This document shows, one piece after another, positions 28,654 through 37,507 of a stretch of 64,000 nt of DNA. The notes under the pieces were generated by a model. The model worked only from the letters and a program-made list of their open reading frames with translations. It was not told the origin of the DNA and did not search any database. Position numbers and translations under genes: made by a program. How positions within the stretch are numbered: position 1 is the first letter of the stretch; each line of letters begins with the position of its first letter. The stretch is from an uncultured Myxococcales bacterium (GTDB lineage: Bacteria > Myxococcota > UBA4151). The stretch lies in assembly GCA_964013405.1 (NCBI GenBank), contig CAXGWI010000004.1, positions 1,673 through 65,672 on the forward strand. Reading direction: 5' to 3'.

Positions 28654-30755
28654 GGGCGGAACCACCGGGCCAACCAGCGGCCATTGATGTTGATCATGAA
28701 GGCGTCTTGCTCGGCGAAGGGCAGCACCCATTCCGAGCCCTCTGCTGTGAATTGCCCCTCAGAAGGACCGTTCTCCTCGTCTTGATAGGCTGCGATCAAT
28801 ACGGGGTCTGGTCCAAGCCAGGGAGCGTCCAGTTGGACTCGGGCCTCCGTGGCTGAAAACTCCACATGGATCCAATCCGGCTCGATCACTTCGATGGGGC
28901 CTGGGCCGCCCTGGCAGTCATAGTTGACGAAGGCACCGCTGGGAAAACGCAGTTGGCCCCGCCCATAGGGCGTGAAGATCCATGGCGAAGTGTTCATGAA
29001 GAGTTGACCCTGAACATCCCAATTGCGCAGCCGTTCTTCACCCTCGGGCAGCACGCCATAACCGGTGCCAAAGGTCGGGACGACCCGAGGTCTGGGGACG
29101 AGGGTACAGCGCGGAGGATCTTGGCGTTGGATAGGCACCTCCGCATGATGGAGGAACAGGCCTTGGTTCGGAGCGGTGATCAAGTCAGCGTAGCCATCGT
29201 AATCGAGGTCTAGCTTCACGGCAGCGCGGCTGCTGTGAACGATCTCATCGCTCATGGAGTCGACATGACTTGGCAAGGAGATACCGATCTCTTCGCTGTA
29301 GCCCTCGAAGCGAGCATTCTCACCTTGGAGAAGTAACGTATCTTGGTGGTCGGGACCGCCGATGTCTCCGGCCACCGGGACGATACCCTGACTCACAAAG
29401 AGATCCTCCAGTCCGTCTCGGTTCCAATCATCGACGACGACCCCCCAGCTATAGATCCATGTTCCATTCCGCACGCCGATCCCGACCCGTACTTCTTCGG
29501 CTCGATCCACCGGGCTGCGGCCATCGAAGCCGATCAGACGGTTGGGCCCCCACTCGGAGATATAGAGGTGGGCACCGAGGCCCTCCACATAAATGTGGCC
29601 GAGCCCCATGAAGCTACCCCAGGCCGCATCACCCCGAGCAAAGCGCTGGCTCTCAAAAACACAGAGCTCATCCAATGGTGAGCACCGCCAGAAGATGGAG
29701 CCGGGATTGAGATCATAAGCCACTTGAACGGAGAGCGGACTGGTAAAGGTGTCGTTCATCACCGGAATGTCCATCAGCCCATCATCATTGAAGTCCAGAG
29801 CGCCGATGCCGAGGCTCGACCCTTCGTCGTTGAGTAGGTACCAAGCATGGCGCTCTTCCGGCTCCAGGCTGCCCTCTGGGGTTTGCAGGTAGAGCACGTT
29901 TTCTCGCATCTCGGGGTTGCTCTGAGAACGAGACTCCGTCTGACAGCCGATGTAGAGATCGACCAGCCCATCGTAGTTGAAATCATGGGCGAGGGCAGCG
30001 CCAGCAAAACAGTACCCGCGCCGATCATTACGGGGGATCTTAGCCAGTAGGTTGATCCGTTCTTCTTCCGGGTAAAACCGCTGCAGCAGGAGCGTGCCTT
30101 GTCCCATGATGAGGAGTTCGTGGAAGCCGTCGCCCTCTAGGTCGATGGCGCTGGCATTGCTGCGTTCTTCTGCGAAGGTGTCGTGGGGTTGGCAGAATCG
30201 TGCCACGGCAACAAAGTCCGTGCGACCCGGAGTCGACCGGTTCTGGTACAGGCAGGCCGGGCTACCGTCGCCGTCCTTCGGGTTGCTGGCCAGGTAGAGA
30301 TCGAGATCCCCATCCCCATCGTAGTCGAGCAGGGCAAGACCAATACCGTAACCATTGGTCTCGTAGCCATGATGACTTGCGAAGGGCTCGGCCATACGGC
30401 GCTCGAGGAGAACGCCGTGCTCGGCCTCAGGCCGGTCGACGCAACGCTGTTGAAAGCAGCGCTGAGTTGGGGGGCAGTCCGGGTGGTGCCAACAGGTACC
30501 CTCAGCGCAATGTCCTGTTTCGAGACAGGACGCTCCCTCCGGACAGTCGCTTTGGCTTGTGCACGGAGTGGGTTCGCAGGCTTCGCAACTCGGAAAGTAA
30601 TCAGGCCGTGAAACCCCGCCGTCTTGGCCGGTGAGACCAGCGTCCGAAACAGGAGCAATACCCCCGTCTGAGGACGGTGGTGGCCCCCCGTCCGGTGGCG
30701 GAGATGCCCCGGGGCAGGCGCAGACCAGCGCGGCGATTAAGGCAGTTCGAACCAT
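28650..30755 (-). CDS. Same family, paralogue B
   Basis: VCA-C; DYDGDGDLDL, CLYQNRS, SSRAAVKLDLD, LRFPSG, RWLARWF. Confidence 0.82.
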   Translation of the reverse strand: MVRTALIAALVCACPGASPPPDGGPPPSSDGGIAPVSDAGLTGQDGGVSRPDYFPSCEACEPTPCTSQSDCPEGASCLETGHCAEGTCWHHPDCPPTQRCFQQRCVDRPEAEHGVLLERRMAEPFASHHGYETNGYGIGLALLDYDGDGDLDLYLASNPKDGDGSPACLYQNRSTPGRTDFVAVARFCQPHDTFAEERSNASAIDLEGDGFHELLIMGQGTLLLQRFYPEEERINLLAKIPRNDRRGYCFAGAALAHDFNYDGLVDLYIGCQTESRSQSNPEMRENVLYLQTPEGSLEPEERHAWYLLNDEGSSLGIGALDFNDDGLMDIPVMNDTFTSPLSVQVAYDLNPGSIFWRCSPLDELCVFESQRFARGDAAWGSFMGLGHIYVEGLGAHLYISEWGPNRLIGFDGRSPVDRAEEVRVGIGVRNGTWIYSWGVVVDDWNRDGLEDLFVSQGIVPVAGDIGGPDHQDTLLLQGENARFEGYSEEIGISLPSHVDSMSDEIVHSSRAAVKLDLDYDGYADLITAPNQGLFLHHAEVPIQRQDPPRCTLVPRPRVVPTFGTGYGVLPEGEERLRNWDVQGQLFMNTSPWIFTPYGRGQLRFPSGAFVNYDCQGGPGPIEVIEPDWIHVEFSATEARVQLDAPWLGPDPVLIAAYQDEENGPSEGQFTAEGSEWVLPFAEQDAFMININGRWLARWFRP

Positions 30756-32809
30756 CGAGCGATCCAGCGATTGTCCAAGGCGACCATGAGCCCATCGTCG
30801 CCCGGTTGGCTTGCCAGGGCAAGACGGGGGGCGGCGGGCTGCTCTTCGAGGCGAACCCCACCGGGGGAGCGATAGGCAAGCGTGACCCGCTGCACCGGCT
30901 CAGTGGTCCATTGGAGATCCAGGACCAACTGACCATCCTGGAAGCGCAACCACTCCGGTTCCACCAGTTGCAATGGGCCAGCCTCGTCCTGGCAGTCGTA
31001 GTCCATTTCAAAGCCACTGGCGAAGCGGAAGCGCCCTCGTTGCCAGGGAACGACGGGCCAGGGACTGGTGCCGAAGTAAATCTGACCGGCGACATCCCAT
31101 CGTCGCCAGGAGGCGCTTTCCTGATCTCGATAGGCGTGGCCCAAACCGAAGGTCGGTACATAACGGTCCACCGGCTTGATCGTACATCGAGGCGTTTGGG
31201 AAGGTAATGGGACTTCGCTGTGGAAGCGGGGCCGACCCTCAAAGGCCGCACTGATGATCTCCAAATAACCGTCACTATCGAGATCGGCCTTCACCGCACC
31301 TCGACTGGAGTAAAAACGCTGGTCATCGCCACTGTCGAGTCGGTCGTGACGGGAAATCCCCACCTCGTCGGTGTAGGCCTCGAAACGACCCGCTCGCTGT
31401 AAAAAGATGACGTCGTAATGCTCCTCGCCGGTGGATGCCGAGCCCGGCGCTTCTTCTAGGCCCTGAGCGAGAAAGAGGTCGTCCTTGCCATCTCGATCAA
31501 AGTCATCGGCGAGGGCTCCCCAGGCGAAGAGTAATTGCTCGTCCACGTCCCCGGGTAGGTCCACACCCCACTCGATCCGTCGGTCCACGGGTTGCAGGTC
31601 TTCATCCCAACTCACCAAGCGGTTGGGACCAAAATCGCTGAGGAAGAGATGCTCCCCCAGGCCTTCCAGAAAGAGGTTGGCCACGCCCATGTAGGAGCCG
31701 CTTTGCCCATTGCCCTGGCCGAAGAACCGCAAAGGGTAGGGAAGTTCGGCGCCGGGGCCTGATCGCAAGATCACGAGGCCGGGAGCTGAATCCGAGACCA
31801 ACTCCGGCATGGCCAGGGTCGTGAAACTGTCGTTCGCCAGGACCAAGTCAATGATACCATTATGGTCGATGTCGATGGCACCTATGGCCAAGGTGTTGCC
31901 GCCGTTGACGAGGTCATCCCAGGGATAGCCCTGCATCACGGTAAACTGCCCGTCTGGACCTTGGCGCAGCGGAATGTTCTCCATCCAAAGGTGGCCTTGG
32001 GGACCAGAGGCTCGGGGGGTGGTTTGACAGGCGACGTAGAGATCGAGGAGGCCGTCTAGATCCAGATCGACCGGCAGTGCCGTGGCCACATTGCAACCAG
32101 AGCGACGGTCCTCATCGGGTACCATGGCTAAGAGGTCGATTAACTCCACCTCTGGAAAGAAGCGCTGCAGCAAGAGCGTACGATTCCCCGTCATGAGCAA
32201 CTCATGGCGGCCGTCCCCGTCGAGATCCACGCCCTGGCCGCCCTCGCGGAAGCCTGAGCCAGGCTCACAATGCTCGGGAACGGGCGTCAAAATGAGTTCG
32301 CTCGGGGTACTCTCGTTGGCGTAGAGACAGGCCGGTCGATCCCCAGGGCCCAGTGGCAGCGGGTAGTGACTCGCCAAGTAGAGGTCGAGGTCCCCGTCCC
32401 CATCGGCATCCAACAGAGCCCCGCCAAAGCCATCACTGAAGGTCGTGGGTAGGCGGCTGAAGTGGTTGAGGCCCGGTTCGGGGAATCGACGCTCAAAGAT
32501 CACACCGAACTCACTGCTTGGGCGCATCAGGCAGCGGTTCTCAGAGCAACGTTCTTCAGCCCCGCAGTCCGGGTGTCCGTAGCACTCGCCCCGATAGCAC
32601 CGACCCAGCGTCGAACACTGCTCGTCTACAGCACAGTCCCCATCGGCCTCACAGGCCCCTGGGATCGGCGGCGGTCCAGCGTCGGAGGCGGCGCCGCCGT
32701 CAGTGGTTTGGCCTGCATCGATGGGCGGGACGCCGGCATCTTCAAGCTCGACGGGCTCTGGGCAGCCGAGGGCCAGGCCGATAACGAAAAATCTTAGCGT
32801 ACGAACCAT
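30737..32809 (-). CDS. Same family, paralogue C
   Basis: ALG-C; same motif order; RWIARWF end. Start at 32809 or 32821. Confidence 0.82.
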   Translation of the reverse strand: MVRTLRFFVIGLALGCPEPVELEDAGVPPIDAGQTTDGGAASDAGPPPIPGACEADGDCAVDEQCSTLGRCYRGECYGHPDCGAEERCSENRCLMRPSSEFGVIFERRFPEPGLNHFSRLPTTFSDGFGGALLDADGDGDLDLYLASHYPLPLGPGDRPACLYANESTPSELILTPVPEHCEPGSGFREGGQGVDLDGDGRHELLMTGNRTLLLQRFFPEVELIDLLAMVPDEDRRSGCNVATALPVDLDLDGLLDLYVACQTTPRASGPQGHLWMENIPLRQGPDGQFTVMQGYPWDDLVNGGNTLAIGAIDIDHNGIIDLVLANDSFTTLAMPELVSDSAPGLVILRSGPGAELPYPLRFFGQGNGQSGSYMGVANLFLEGLGEHLFLSDFGPNRLVSWDEDLQPVDRRIEWGVDLPGDVDEQLLFAWGALADDFDRDGKDDLFLAQGLEEAPGSASTGEEHYDVIFLQRAGRFEAYTDEVGISRHDRLDSGDDQRFYSSRGAVKADLDSDGYLEIISAAFEGRPRFHSEVPLPSQTPRCTIKPVDRYVPTFGLGHAYRDQESASWRRWDVAGQIYFGTSPWPVVPWQRGRFRFASGFEMDYDCQDEAGPLQLVEPEWLRFQDGQLVLDLQWTTEPVQRVTLAYRSPGGVRLEEQPAAPRLALASQPGDDGLMVALDNRWIARWFELP

Positions 32810-34968
32810 CGGGCCAACCATCGTCCTTCGATCCGTAACAGGAAGGGGACGCCTCTCGGAACATCGTTGTCTGTGAGCCGGAACCGGCCGGGCTCGAAGG
32901 GGTGAACTTGAACTCGATCACCATCCCTCTGCTGAAGATAAACAAAGGCAGGCGGGGCGCCTAGCCAGGGGGGCTCGATCGTGAGCGCATCGCCTTCAAG
33001 TTGAATCCAGTCGGGCTCCTCCACCACGAGAGGACCGGCGCCGCCCTCGCAATCAAAGGGGACTTGGGCCCCCGAAGGGAACCGGAGCCAGCCCCGGTTC
33101 ATAGGCGCCAAAATCCATGGCGAGGTGCTGACTCGGTGTTGCCCTTGGAGATCCCATTGGCGCCAGCGTTGCCGGTTGGGTTCGGCGACGGCGTGACCCA
33201 GTCCAAAGCCAGGGACGACTCGGTCCACGGGAATCAAGTGACAGCGAGGATCTTGGTCGATGACGGGCTGTTCTGAGTGGATGAGAAGATGACCTTCGAG
33301 ACCGGCCACCAAGATCTCGAGCCAGCCATCGCCATCGAGGTCCGTTCTGGCAGCCCCCCGGCTTGAGAAGGGGCGGTTCGGTTCGGTGGAGTCCAGCGTA
33401 CTGGCCTCGTCGAAGCCGAGTTCTGTATCGTAAGGCTCGAATCGCCCATCGCGCTGGAGGAAGATACGGTCTTGGTGCGCCTGCCAACTCGAATTGGGCT
33501 GGCCATTCATCAGACCGGGCAGCGGGCCTTGAGCCAGGAAGACATCATCTTGACCGTCTCGGTCAAAGTCATCGACGACGATGCCCCAGGCAAAGTTGGG
33601 ATTTTCCGGTGCGCCGGGGTCGGCCATGCCCAGTGACCGGGCGTTGTCCTCAGCAGGCTGGCGACCGAAATCAAGGAGCCGGTTCGGCCCCTCATCGCTT
33701 AACAGGATGAGATCCCGTTCATCGACATGGAGCCGGGCGACCCCCATTAAGCTGTCGTTCGCGACGATGAGATCCAGCAGGCCGTCGTCATCGAGATCGG
33801 TGGCGCTGACCCCCAAGGCACTACCATCGTCGCGCAGGAAGCCCAGGTCACCGTGATCGTCCACCAAGCCGAGAGCTCCTTCCTCGTCTTGGCGCCAAAA
33901 CCGGTTCTCCATGGCCACAAAACGAAGGGCGTTGGCCGGTCGCTCCTCAAGAACGCAACGTTCATTGAAGCCGGTGAGGACACGGGAAAGACCCGTGTCA
34001 CAGGCTGGCAGGCCGAGGCCCAGGTCTTCATATGCACAGGGCTCGCCGGGGAGGCAGCGTCGATATGCACCGCCTAGCAAGGGGTGATATTGGAGTTCTG
34101 GCGTCCCCTCGAGCAGGGCCATGGCTTCCTGGATTACATGGGCGCCGAACTGGCAACCGACGACCAGGTCGACACGACCGTCCATGTCGAGATCGAGGGA
34201 AGAAAAGCTCCCCCCAAGGCAACGTCGGGCCGGATGGTCTTCGGGGAGACCGGCGAGGAGATCGATTCGGCGCTGGCGCCGAAAGTCGATCAACTCCGTC
34301 AGCCCCAAGCCGAACCGTACGAGTTCGTGATGGCCATCGCCATCGAGATCCATGGCCGCGGCGCCGACGGATTCACCGTCGGTGGCATCACAATAGGCGG
34401 TGACCGGCTCGAAATGCAGGAAGCCTGGCCGACTGAGGTTTTCGTAGAGGCAATTAGGGGTCCTGTCCTGTCGCTGGTAGGGCGTCGTCACATAGACATC
34501 CAGATCCTGATCCCCATCGAAATCGAGCAGTGCGAAGCCAAATCCGTAGCCCCCTGACTGACGGCCATAACGATCGCCGCTCCGGTGGCTCGTCAGTTCG
34601 CCGGCGAGGCGCCGTTGAAACCTGGGCAAACTTCGCCGTTGCCGTCGCTGTCCGCACAGACCCTCCACACAGTAGGCAGTCTCGCCGCAATCCCCGTGCG
34701 TAAGACACTCGCCATCATGGCAGGCCCCGGTCACCGAGCAGGCACGCCCGTCTTCGCAGGGCCGGTCATCTGAGCACGGAACTGTACCCCCATCGGGCGG
34801 CCTTTGGGATACGTCCCTTTGCGATCCCCCATCTGGGGCCATATTCCAGCCGCTGTCCTGGCGGGCCTGGACAGGCGCACCAACGTCGGCTGGGGGAGCC
34901 TGTTGTTGGGCGCAAGCCATGGACCCAAGGGCCAGAAGGAGGAGGCTGTGCCCTCGGCGTGGCGTCAT
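32794..34968 (-). CDS. Same family, paralogue D (internally rearranged)
   Basis: SMA-C; same motifs with one insertion and one deletion; ATGA overlap at 34968. Confidence 0.8.
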   Translation of the reverse strand: MTPRRGHSLLLLALGSMACAQQQAPPADVGAPVQARQDSGWNMAPDGGSQRDVSQRPPDGGTVPCSDDRPCEDGRACSVTGACHDGECLTHGDCGETAYCVEGLCGQRRQRRSLPRFQRRLAGELTSHRSGDRYGRQSGGYGFGFALLDFDGDQDLDVYVTTPYQRQDRTPNCLYENLSRPGFLHFEPVTAYCDATDGESVGAAAMDLDGDGHHELVRFGLGLTELIDFRRQRRIDLLAGLPEDHPARRCLGGSFSSLDLDMDGRVDLVVGCQFGAHVIQEAMALLEGTPELQYHPLLGGAYRRCLPGEPCAYEDLGLGLPACDTGLSRVLTGFNERCVLEERPANALRFVAMENRFWRQDEEGALGLVDDHGDLGFLRDDGSALGVSATDLDDDGLLDLIVANDSLMGVARLHVDERDLILLSDEGPNRLLDFGRQPAEDNARSLGMADPGAPENPNFAWGIVVDDFDRDGQDDVFLAQGPLPGLMNGQPNSSWQAHQDRIFLQRDGRFEPYDTELGFDEASTLDSTEPNRPFSSRGAARTDLDGDGWLEILVAGLEGHLLIHSEQPVIDQDPRCHLIPVDRVVPGFGLGHAVAEPNRQRWRQWDLQGQHRVSTSPWILAPMNRGWLRFPSGAQVPFDCEGGAGPLVVEEPDWIQLEGDALTIEPPWLGAPPAFVYLQQRDGDRVQVHPFEPGRFRLTDNDVPRGVPFLLRIEGRWLARWFVR

Positions 34969-37379
34969 GGCTCCTGGCGGGTCGGGAACCATCGGGGCAA
35001 CCAGCGTCCGTCGATTTTAAACATCATTTGATCCTCGTCCGGTCGCGGCGTGAGGTCCCAGCCGACCCCATCGTGGAATGTGCCCACTTCGCGAACGCCC
35101 GAGGGGGATTGAAACAAGACACGGAACTGGGGAATCCCCCGTCCCGTCCATTGGGTATTGAGCCGAAGTTTCGTGACATTCTCTTGGTAGAGGATTCGGA
35201 TCCACTCCGGTTCCTCGACGATGACCGGGCCGGGGCCATCCTGGCAATCGAACTCGATGATCGCACCGCTGGGAAACCGGAGTCTCCCCTCGTTTATGGT
35301 GCTGAGGATGTAGGGGCTTGCCCCGAAACGTAGCTGCCCCTGCATATCCCGCCGCCGCCATGCATCCCCGCTGCGACCGGCCACTTCGTAACCAAAGCCG
35401 TATGCAGGTACGTATCGAGGTCGAGGCACCAGGGTGCAGCGAGGCAAGACCTCGGCCCGAGTGGGAACCTCTGACTGGATCCGCAGGTGACCCTCCATGG
35501 GCAGGGTGAGGATTTCGACAAAGCCATCATTATCGAGGTCGGCCTTGACGGCCCCCCGGCTCGAATAAACCCAGTCACTGCCGGGGGCATCGATCTGATC
35601 GTGGATACTGAGCCCAACCTCTTCCGGTCCGAGGGCGAGAAACTGTCCATCAGCCTCTTGGAGAAAGAGCCCATCATAATGGGCCTCGAAGACGCCCACC
35701 CGTGGCGAGGGCACGGAGCCCGTACTGACGTAGATGTCGTCCCGCCCATCCCGATCAAAGTCTTCGACGACAACTCCCCAGGCGAATAAATCGAATTCGC
35801 CATTGTAGCCCATATCGATGTCGAGCAGCCTACCCACATCGATGGGGTTACGATTCTCGTAGCGAGTGCATCGGTTGGGGGCGGCATCGCTCACATAGAT
35901 GTGATCTCCCGAGCCCTCGATATGGACGTTACCAAGGCCCATAAAGCTGCCCCAGGCTTCAGTCCCCGGCCCCAGGCCCCGCCAGGTCCAAGTGCAATCT
36001 TCGGCCGGCGCACAACGAAAATAGACGCCGCCCGGCGGCATCGGCGTGTGCTCGTCCCCGGAGTTGACGTCGGAGAACGTGTCATTCGCCACCACCAGAT
36101 CGAGGAGGCCGTCCCGATCCACATCGATCTGGCCCAGCCCGAGCCCAGAACCATCATCTTCAAGGCCATAGCGATCCCCTTGGCGGTCGATCAAAGCCTC
36201 GTCATCGCTAAGTATGAATTGCCCGGACTCGTCTTGAAGAAAGACCTGATTGAGCAGCACGGGAATGTGCATGATTTGTTCCCGGTCGGGCATGTTGTTC
36301 ATGGATAGGCTCTGCATTTGACAGCCGATGATCAAATCGGATCGGCCATCCAAGTTGAGGTCCATGGTGGAGACCGCACCGGCGTTGCAGCCCTTGCGCT
36401 CATCATCATCGGCCAACTGAGCGTTGAGGTCGACGATTTCCACTTCGGGATGAAAGCGCCAAAGTTGGAGCACGCCCTCGCCGAGCGCTAACAACTCCGA
36501 GTAGCCATCGCCCTCCACATCAAGCCCCCAACCGGAGCTGATTTTACCCAATTCAAAGCCGCAAAAAGTCTCGGTTGCTCGAAAGCGGAGGTCGCCTGGT
36601 ATCGACACGTTCTCGTAGACGCACGCGGCGGTTTCATCTTCTCGCTCAAGTAGCTTTTGTCGATAGCCCAAAAAGACATCCAGATCGTTATCTCCATCGA
36701 AGTCGAGGAGGGCTCCACCCAGCCCATAGCCGCGAAAGGCCCCGAATGGCTCCCGGGCCATGTGGTCGGTAAGTGGGGCTGCAAAACGACGTTCGAACTG
36801 GATCCCGAGGGCCGGGTCGATCCGACCAAGGCACCGTCCCTGGCTGCACCGTTGGGTGGGGCTGCAATCATCGTGAACAAGGCATTCGCCCGTAAAACAC
36901 AGCCCGTGGGACGAGCAGGTCCAATCGAGGCCGCAATCCCCATCGGCCTCGCAGGCGGCTTCGCCGAGAAGGATACACCGTTGTTCTTGGCATGCTTCGC
37001 CGCTCGCGCAGTCTGAGATGCTCGCACATTGACTTGGGCCGCATTGGCCCTCCTCGCAGATTTGTCCCTCTGGGCAACGGTCGTCGCCGGCGCAACCACT
37101 TGCGCAGGCGCCATCCCGACAAAGGGAGCCCAAGTCGCACTGATCGTCCGCTGTGCAGACGAGCTGACAGGTTCCGGAGGGGTCACAGCGTTCGTTCGCC
37201 GCACAGTCGCATTTCACGACGCACACACCGTCATCGCAGCGCTCGGTATCTTGGCAGAGTGAGCAGGGATCTAGAGCGGCATCTTGGACCCCCGTATCCG
37301 GCTGGAGGTCCCCCGGCGCCGGACAGGCCAGTAGCAGTGGCAGGGCAAGCCAGATCCCGTGGATTCGCATGCTCGTCAC
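34965..37379 (-). CDS. Same family, paralogue E
   Basis: LLA-C; long Cys-rich N-terminus; RWLPRWF near the end. Confidence 0.82.
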   Translation of the reverse strand: MTSMRIHGIWLALPLLLACPAPGDLQPDTGVQDAALDPCSLCQDTERCDDGVCVVKCDCAANERCDPSGTCQLVCTADDQCDLGSLCRDGACASGCAGDDRCPEGQICEEGQCGPSQCASISDCASGEACQEQRCILLGEAACEADGDCGLDWTCSSHGLCFTGECLVHDDCSPTQRCSQGRCLGRIDPALGIQFERRFAAPLTDHMAREPFGAFRGYGLGGALLDFDGDNDLDVFLGYRQKLLEREDETAACVYENVSIPGDLRFRATETFCGFELGKISSGWGLDVEGDGYSELLALGEGVLQLWRFHPEVEIVDLNAQLADDDERKGCNAGAVSTMDLNLDGRSDLIIGCQMQSLSMNNMPDREQIMHIPVLLNQVFLQDESGQFILSDDEALIDRQGDRYGLEDDGSGLGLGQIDVDRDGLLDLVVANDTFSDVNSGDEHTPMPPGGVYFRCAPAEDCTWTWRGLGPGTEAWGSFMGLGNVHIEGSGDHIYVSDAAPNRCTRYENRNPIDVGRLLDIDMGYNGEFDLFAWGVVVEDFDRDGRDDIYVSTGSVPSPRVGVFEAHYDGLFLQEADGQFLALGPEEVGLSIHDQIDAPGSDWVYSSRGAVKADLDNDGFVEILTLPMEGHLRIQSEVPTRAEVLPRCTLVPRPRYVPAYGFGYEVAGRSGDAWRRRDMQGQLRFGASPYILSTINEGRLRFPSGAIIEFDCQDGPGPVIVEEPEWIRILYQENVTKLRLNTQWTGRGIPQFRVLFQSPSGVREVGTFHDGVGWDLTPRPDEDQMMFKIDGRWLPRWFPTRQEP
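36864..36954 (-). repeat. 91-bp inverted repeat, copy 1
   Basis: Reverse complement matches 37948-38038 at 89/91 positions. Confidence 0.95.
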
Positions 37380-37507
37380 GTCTCGATTCCTTTTCTTGGC
37401 GGCAGCTTAGCCCGAATCTCGCCACCCGCCTATTTCAGTTCTCAAAAACGGGCTCAAGGCTTCCGAACTTGCTGCTAGCGGTCCCGTCCACTAACAATCC
37501 CATAGCC

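Noticed and set aside
36992-37507. 172-aa N-terminal extension of paralogue F
   Set aside because: Overlaps paralogue E antisense; the signal peptide starts at ATG 37508. Similar over-long starts were trimmed for other genes.
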